Below are positions 7,074 through 10,508 of a DNA stretch of 10,508 nt, piece after piece (position 1 is the first letter of the stretch; every line of letters begins with the position of its first letter). The notes beneath the pieces were generated by a model that was not told the origin of the DNA, searched no databases, and saw only the letters and a list, made by a program, of their open reading frames with translations. The stretch covers positions 1-10,508 of the forward strand of contig JAUXAS010000029.1 of the NCBI GenBank assembly GCA_030619825.1, read 5' to 3'. A program made the position numbers and the translations under genes. The DNA is from Hadesarchaea archaeon (lineage in GTDB: Archaea; Hadarchaeota; Hadarchaeia; Hadarchaeales; Hadarchaeaceae).

Positions 7074-7499
7074 ATGTCGAACAGTGTGGCTGCTTCGGAT
7101 GTGATTCGGTCGATGATGCGTTCTGGGTTCTCCCACGATGAAATCTACGATGTGCTCGCGGGCACAGGGTTGCCGGGCGAGCAGATTCAGCTGCTCATCG
7201 ACCGCGTGGCGGCGGAGTTTCGAGAGGCAAAGTTCGAGCCCCAGACTTCTCGATTGGGGGTCGAGGTCGAGAAGGTCTTCAGCGGGGCTTTTGAGGGACT
7301 GCAGCACGATCTGTTTGAGCGCATCGATTCGGTTTCACGAAAGCTGGAGCTCGTGAGGGCGGAGCTCGAGAAGCTTGGTATGCGGGTAGTCGAGCTCCAA
7401 ACCCTCGTTGAGCGAGGGCTGTTAAGTTCGGTTTCAGGTCTTGGTCGAAAGCGCCACCCGAGAGTTGACAGGGGCGTCAACTTAATCAAGCCATTTTAG
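7074..7499 (+). CDS. Hypothetical protein: small N-terminal helical domain plus C-terminal coiled coil
   Basis: Protein-like composition, an SD-like GGGGAG, and a heptad pattern in LFERIDSVSRKLELVRAELEKLGMRVVELQTLV. It fills the gap between two confident genes and overlaps the convergent gene by 18 nt. Confidence 0.72.
   Translation: MSNSVAASDVIRSMMRSGFSHDEIYDVLAGTGLPGEQIQLLIDRVAAEFREAKFEPQTSRLGVEVEKVFSGAFEGLQHDLFERIDSVSRKLELVRAELEKLGMRVVELQTLVERGLLSSVSGLGRKRHPRVDRGVNLIKPF
7463..7482. terminator. 7-bp inverted repeat immediately after the stop of the minus-strand operon
   Basis: AGTTGAC-aggggc-GTCAACT; one arm overlaps the last base of the TAA at 7484-7482. Function is inferred from position only. 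Confidence 0.35.
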
Positions 7500-9548
7500 A
7501 AGGCCATCAGATATGCTGAAGGGCTTCAAGCTGATGATCACAAGCCTGACGTTGAACATGTTGTTTGACACCTCGTAGCGGTACGCGAGCGGCTTATGAG
7601 CAATGAACTCCTCACCCATCGCTTCATGAGTCAGCGGCAATGTTGGATTATCAAAGTCAAATATCTCCTCAATGATTCCGTCTTCGAGCTCTAGAGTTAT
7701 ATCCCATTGAGCCCACCAGAGCGTCACCCCTATGAACCAGAGCGGGATTGGGGTGGGTGTATGTGAGCCGAACCAGCCAGCAGGGTCCTCCCTACTGTAT
7801 CGAACCTTCTTGATATTGAAGTTATGAAACACGGAGAGCCCAGGTTGGGATTGGATTGGAGGTGGGGGCAGAAGTTCGTAGAGTTGCTCGCGATTAATGC
7901 TGGAGAAATCTCTAGCGTTCAGCTCAAGTTTTTGTCCGAGTGCTTCGTCGATCTCCGCGCTCTTAATCTCATCGAGCGCTGGTTCGGCCCTCCCTGCGAG
8001 CCCCTTCATTTCGTAGAGATTATTCCTCGCATTTTGTAGGATAATTTTGAGAGTGCTGATTGTGCCATCCCCTTCACCGGCGATGTACACGGGCGCCATT
8101 TTCCCCACCGACTCGGGCGGTTCTCCCTCGTAGCTGCCGGGTTCAGCGTAGCTAGTATACTCAACCCAGCGTTTTGGAGCAGGTTCGGCGAGCAATCCTT
8201 GGACGGACGAGGTAATTTTATTGAGTAAATCCGTCATCAAGTCTTCGAGCTCAGCGATGGTGTCATCGGCACCCACCCCTCGTGCAAGGGTGCTAATGAT
8301 TATCTCGAGATTATCGAGTTTTGCTAAGGTCCCCTTGACCCCCCACGTGACCTGCTCCCGGGGTGATGGGTAATCCCCCCTCGTTCGTTCCACGAGGCTC
8401 TCGTGCAGTGCCCCCATTATCATATTTTGACCCGCCGAGCGCGCGATGAAATCGATGAGTTGTTCGAACTGTTGGTCGGCCTCCGACACGTGATTTCGAG
8501 CCCAGGTGACGCTTCCGATGGCATCCCCGAGCGCGGCCTGCACATTTTCAAGCGCCGGGCCAATGTTATTCATGTTCTCAGGTTTTTGGGTAAGGGCATC
8601 GCTTCCGCGCCGGACATGTTCCTTCGCTTCCATGAGCGCGGTGGAGGCCTCGGCGAGCGCTTCAAGAGCTCGGTCAACATACTCACCCATAGCTTCCACG
8701 TCGGCGGTCCTCAGGGGCGTGACGACCACGGTGGTGTTGAAGAGATCGGAGAGGATATCCTCGCTCGTTTCGCCCGTGCCAGCGGTCGTATCGATCAACC
8801 CGCCCACGGTTGCCACATGGTCTGCGGATCCAAAAATGTCGAGTTCGTGCTCCGCCCAAGCCAGCTCGAAGAATGCCTTGCTGCGGGAGGCGCTCATCGT
8901 GACTTTTTCCAGCAACCACGCTCCAGCCCAAGCCGCGGTGTACTCCATTACCGCCCACTTCGTGCCGACGCTGCCGAGGCCATCGATGAACTCCCGCATC
9001 CGCCGTTGGAGCAGGAAGTACCGGGAATCGATGAACACCTCGAGGTTCTCGCAGGAGAGCTCGAGCACCAAGCTGTTGTCCCAAGAGCTGACCCTCACGC
9101 GGGCTTGACTCGGCAATTTGGCGGTCGCCCATGCGTATCCGCCATCACCCTCCAGCAGATCAAAAGCTGGGCGACCACTCGAGGTTTCAAGCTCGAGCTC
9201 TATGCGCGCGTCGTGCTGTTTGTACACGGTTGGCAGCGCAGACATCCGCTCCGCAAAATATCCGGCCGCGAGGCTTTCGATAGCCAACTCCCTTGCCCCA
9301 TCGCTTCCGTAATTGTCCGCGTTTTTGCTCACTTCCCAGAGGGCACGGTAAACGGCATACCGCGCCGCAGCCCGCAGGTCGTTTTGAACGCTCATAGCGA
9401 TTGTTAGAAGCGCCGAACTTGAGGCGTCCTCCACGACATTCAGCGAGCGTTGATACCGCGACCAAGTAGCATGCCCCAGCATGGCCACGACGAGCATCAC
9501 GATGACGATGCCGGCCGTGCTGAACGGCATAAAACCACGCTCCTTCAC
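7482..9548 (-). CDS. Large (~688 aa) pilin-like surface protein with class III signal peptide; function unknown
   Basis: Long ORF. The preferred start is GTG 9548, which overlaps the upstream TGA as GTGA and gives MKERG|FMPFSTAGIVIVMLVVAMLG (charged leader, RG, hydrophobic helix). The ORF-track start at 9557 is an in-frame alternative. Confidence 0.75.
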   Translation of the reverse strand: MKERGFMPFSTAGIVIVMLVVAMLGHATWSRYQRSLNVVEDASSSALLTIAMSVQNDLRAAARYAVYRALWEVSKNADNYGSDGARELAIESLAAGYFAERMSALPTVYKQHDARIELELETSSGRPAFDLLEGDGGYAWATAKLPSQARVRVSSWDNSLVLELSCENLEVFIDSRYFLLQRRMREFIDGLGSVGTKWAVMEYTAAWAGAWLLEKVTMSASRSKAFFELAWAEHELDIFGSADHVATVGGLIDTTAGTGETSEDILSDLFNTTVVVTPLRTADVEAMGEYVDRALEALAEASTALMEAKEHVRRGSDALTQKPENMNNIGPALENVQAALGDAIGSVTWARNHVSEADQQFEQLIDFIARSAGQNMIMGALHESLVERTRGDYPSPREQVTWGVKGTLAKLDNLEIIISTLARGVGADDTIAELEDLMTDLLNKITSSVQGLLAEPAPKRWVEYTSYAEPGSYEGEPPESVGKMAPVYIAGEGDGTISTLKIILQNARNNLYEMKGLAGRAEPALDEIKSAEIDEALGQKLELNARDFSSINREQLYELLPPPPIQSQPGLSVFHNFNIKKVRYSREDPAGWFGSHTPTPIPLWFIGVTLWWAQWDITLELEDGIIEEIFDFDNPTLPLTHEAMGEEFIAHKPLAYRYEVSNNMFNVRLVIISLKPFSISDGLLKWLD

Positions 9549-10219
9549 GGCGACCACAGCTCCAGAGTTATCTCAACGGCGATATCGGGTTCGAGTTTTG
9601 AGGTAGAGACGCCGAGCACCCCCTGAATTAGTCGTGCAAGCTCTTCCTGTGAGATAGGCAGGGTTGAGATGATCGTTTCGGAGCAAAGCTTCTGCTGTGC
9701 CATATCGTCAAAATTTTTGATTTCGGTTTCGAAGTAAACTCGGGAAAAATTTAACTCCATCGGTAAAGTTTTCACCGTCAGGCGGTACCCAAAGCGCCCG
9801 CCGATGAGTTTATCAAGCACTTCTTTCAGGAACCCTCGAAGCCGACTTTCCATGCTTTGGTTCGGCCTAAGCATTTCAAGTTCAATCCCCCCGGCCTCGA
9901 CGTGCAGGTTAAGCAAAGCATCCTCAACTAAGAGCTGAGCGAGCGTTTTGTAGCGTAGGTCACGTTTTGTCGATTCCCCAATCACCGGCACGTTTAGCTC
10001 AAATCCAAAAGCGCTGAGCTGGTATTCAAAACCGCCGAACTCATCCGCGGTCGAGTGCTGGAGCGCTAGTAAAGTGCTCTGCGCGAAGCTCGCGGCGTAT
10101 CGCGTGCTTTCAATTTTAGGGTCGATGGGGCTTGCCCCGGTTAAAAGTAGGCTGGCGAACGAAATCAAGAGAGCGAAGACCAACATGTCTGCTATGTAAC
10201 CAACGCCTCGTTCGTCCAT
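9545..10219 (-). CDS. Pilin-like membrane-anchored protein with probable class III signal peptide (224 aa)
   Basis: MDERG|VGYIADMLVFALLISFASLLL, followed by a long helix and a C-terminal beta-strand (VEITLELWSP); coupled to both neighbours (TAAAATG upstream, GTGA downstream). Confidence 0.75.
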   Translation of the reverse strand: MDERGVGYIADMLVFALLISFASLLLTGASPIDPKIESTRYAASFAQSTLLALQHSTADEFGGFEYQLSAFGFELNVPVIGESTKRDLRYKTLAQLLVEDALLNLHVEAGGIELEMLRPNQSMESRLRGFLKEVLDKLIGGRFGYRLTVKTLPMELNFSRVYFETEIKNFDDMAQQKLCSETIISTLPISQEELARLIQGVLGVSTSKLEPDIAVEITLELWSP

Positions 10220-10220
10220 T

Positions 10221-10508
10221 TTACCTTCCCACCCACACGATTAACTCACAGAGCTGCGCCGACCCTTGGCCCCGTGTGACCGCCACCGGTAGGCTCACCG
10301 AACAAGGCGGCGAGAAATACCCCTCGAGCGGCTTTTGCTCGGGGCCGTAAGCCAGCAGCACCTCACCCCCAAGAGTTCTAACCTCAACTCGCAGTTCGAT
10401 GCCCTCTCGAGCGAGCAATTTGGAGTAGTCCTCGAGCTTGTTCGTCGTTAAATCAATTGACCCGGGTGAAGCAGTCAACACACGATTTTTGATGTCCTCG
10501 GCGATGTT
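10221..10508 (-). CDS. Hypothetical protein, C-terminal part (likely another pilin-like member of the operon; start lies outside the window)
   Basis: Frame is open to the window edge: NIAEDIKNRVLTASPGSIDL...SVSLPVAVTRGQGSAQLCELIVWVGR*. The stop lies 1 nt before the next ATG, and the C-terminal hydrophobic strand with Trp resembles that of the next gene. Confidence 0.7.
   Translation of the reverse strand, partial: NIAEDIKNRVLTASPGSIDLTTNKLEDYSKLLAREGIELRVEVRTLGGEVLLAYGPEQKPLEGYFSPPCSVSLPVAVTRGQGSAQLCELIVWVGR

Noticed and set aside
6909..7489. Minus-strand ORFs 6909..7307 and 7187..7489 as a continuation of the pilin-like operon
   Set aside because: Ser/Arg-rich shadow composition with no signal peptide; the plus-strand 7074..7499 ORF is more protein-like and has an SD and TATA-like box.
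8403..9407. 334-aa plus-strand ORF (also 8506..9108) antisense to the giant pilin-like gene
   Set aside because: His/Arg/Gly-rich composition with no motifs, typical of an antisense shadow of a GC-rich gene; the minus-strand ORF has signal-peptide and operon-coupling support.
1..10508. tRNA, rRNA, CRISPR array, IS element or integrase
   Set aside because: Intergenic gaps are all under ~100 bp, and no cloverleaf, regularly spaced repeat, terminal inverted repeat or transposase/integrase motif was seen by eye.

Overview
Gene-dense archaeal window, judged from GGAG/GGTGA ribosome-binding sites, TTTAAA/TTATAA TATA-like boxes and archaeal-type DUF504, TIGR00267 and PflX genes; the lineage cannot be fixed from the sequence alone. 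Left to right: a DUF47 phosphate-transport regulator (partial, missing from the ORF track) and PiT phosphate transporter; an L-fucose-isomerase-like protein; a divergent run of PflX-like radical SAM enzyme, MBL-fold hydrolase and DUF504/MJ1316 protein; a VIT1/CCC1 transporter; a ~200-bp apparent deletion remnant of antiporter gene(s); a CaCA (YrbG-like) Ca2+/Na+ antiporter; and a small coiled-coil hypothetical gene. The window ends with the 3' part of a tightly coupled minus-strand operon of three uncharacterised genes. The two complete ones begin with class III (type IV prepilin-like) signal peptides, MDERG|V and MKERG|F, and one of them is a ~690-aa protein with a long helical stalk and a Trp/Pro-rich loop. 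This operon is the best candidate for an undescribed system. No rRNA, tRNA, CRISPR array or mobile element was seen. All family calls come from motif recognition, not database searches.
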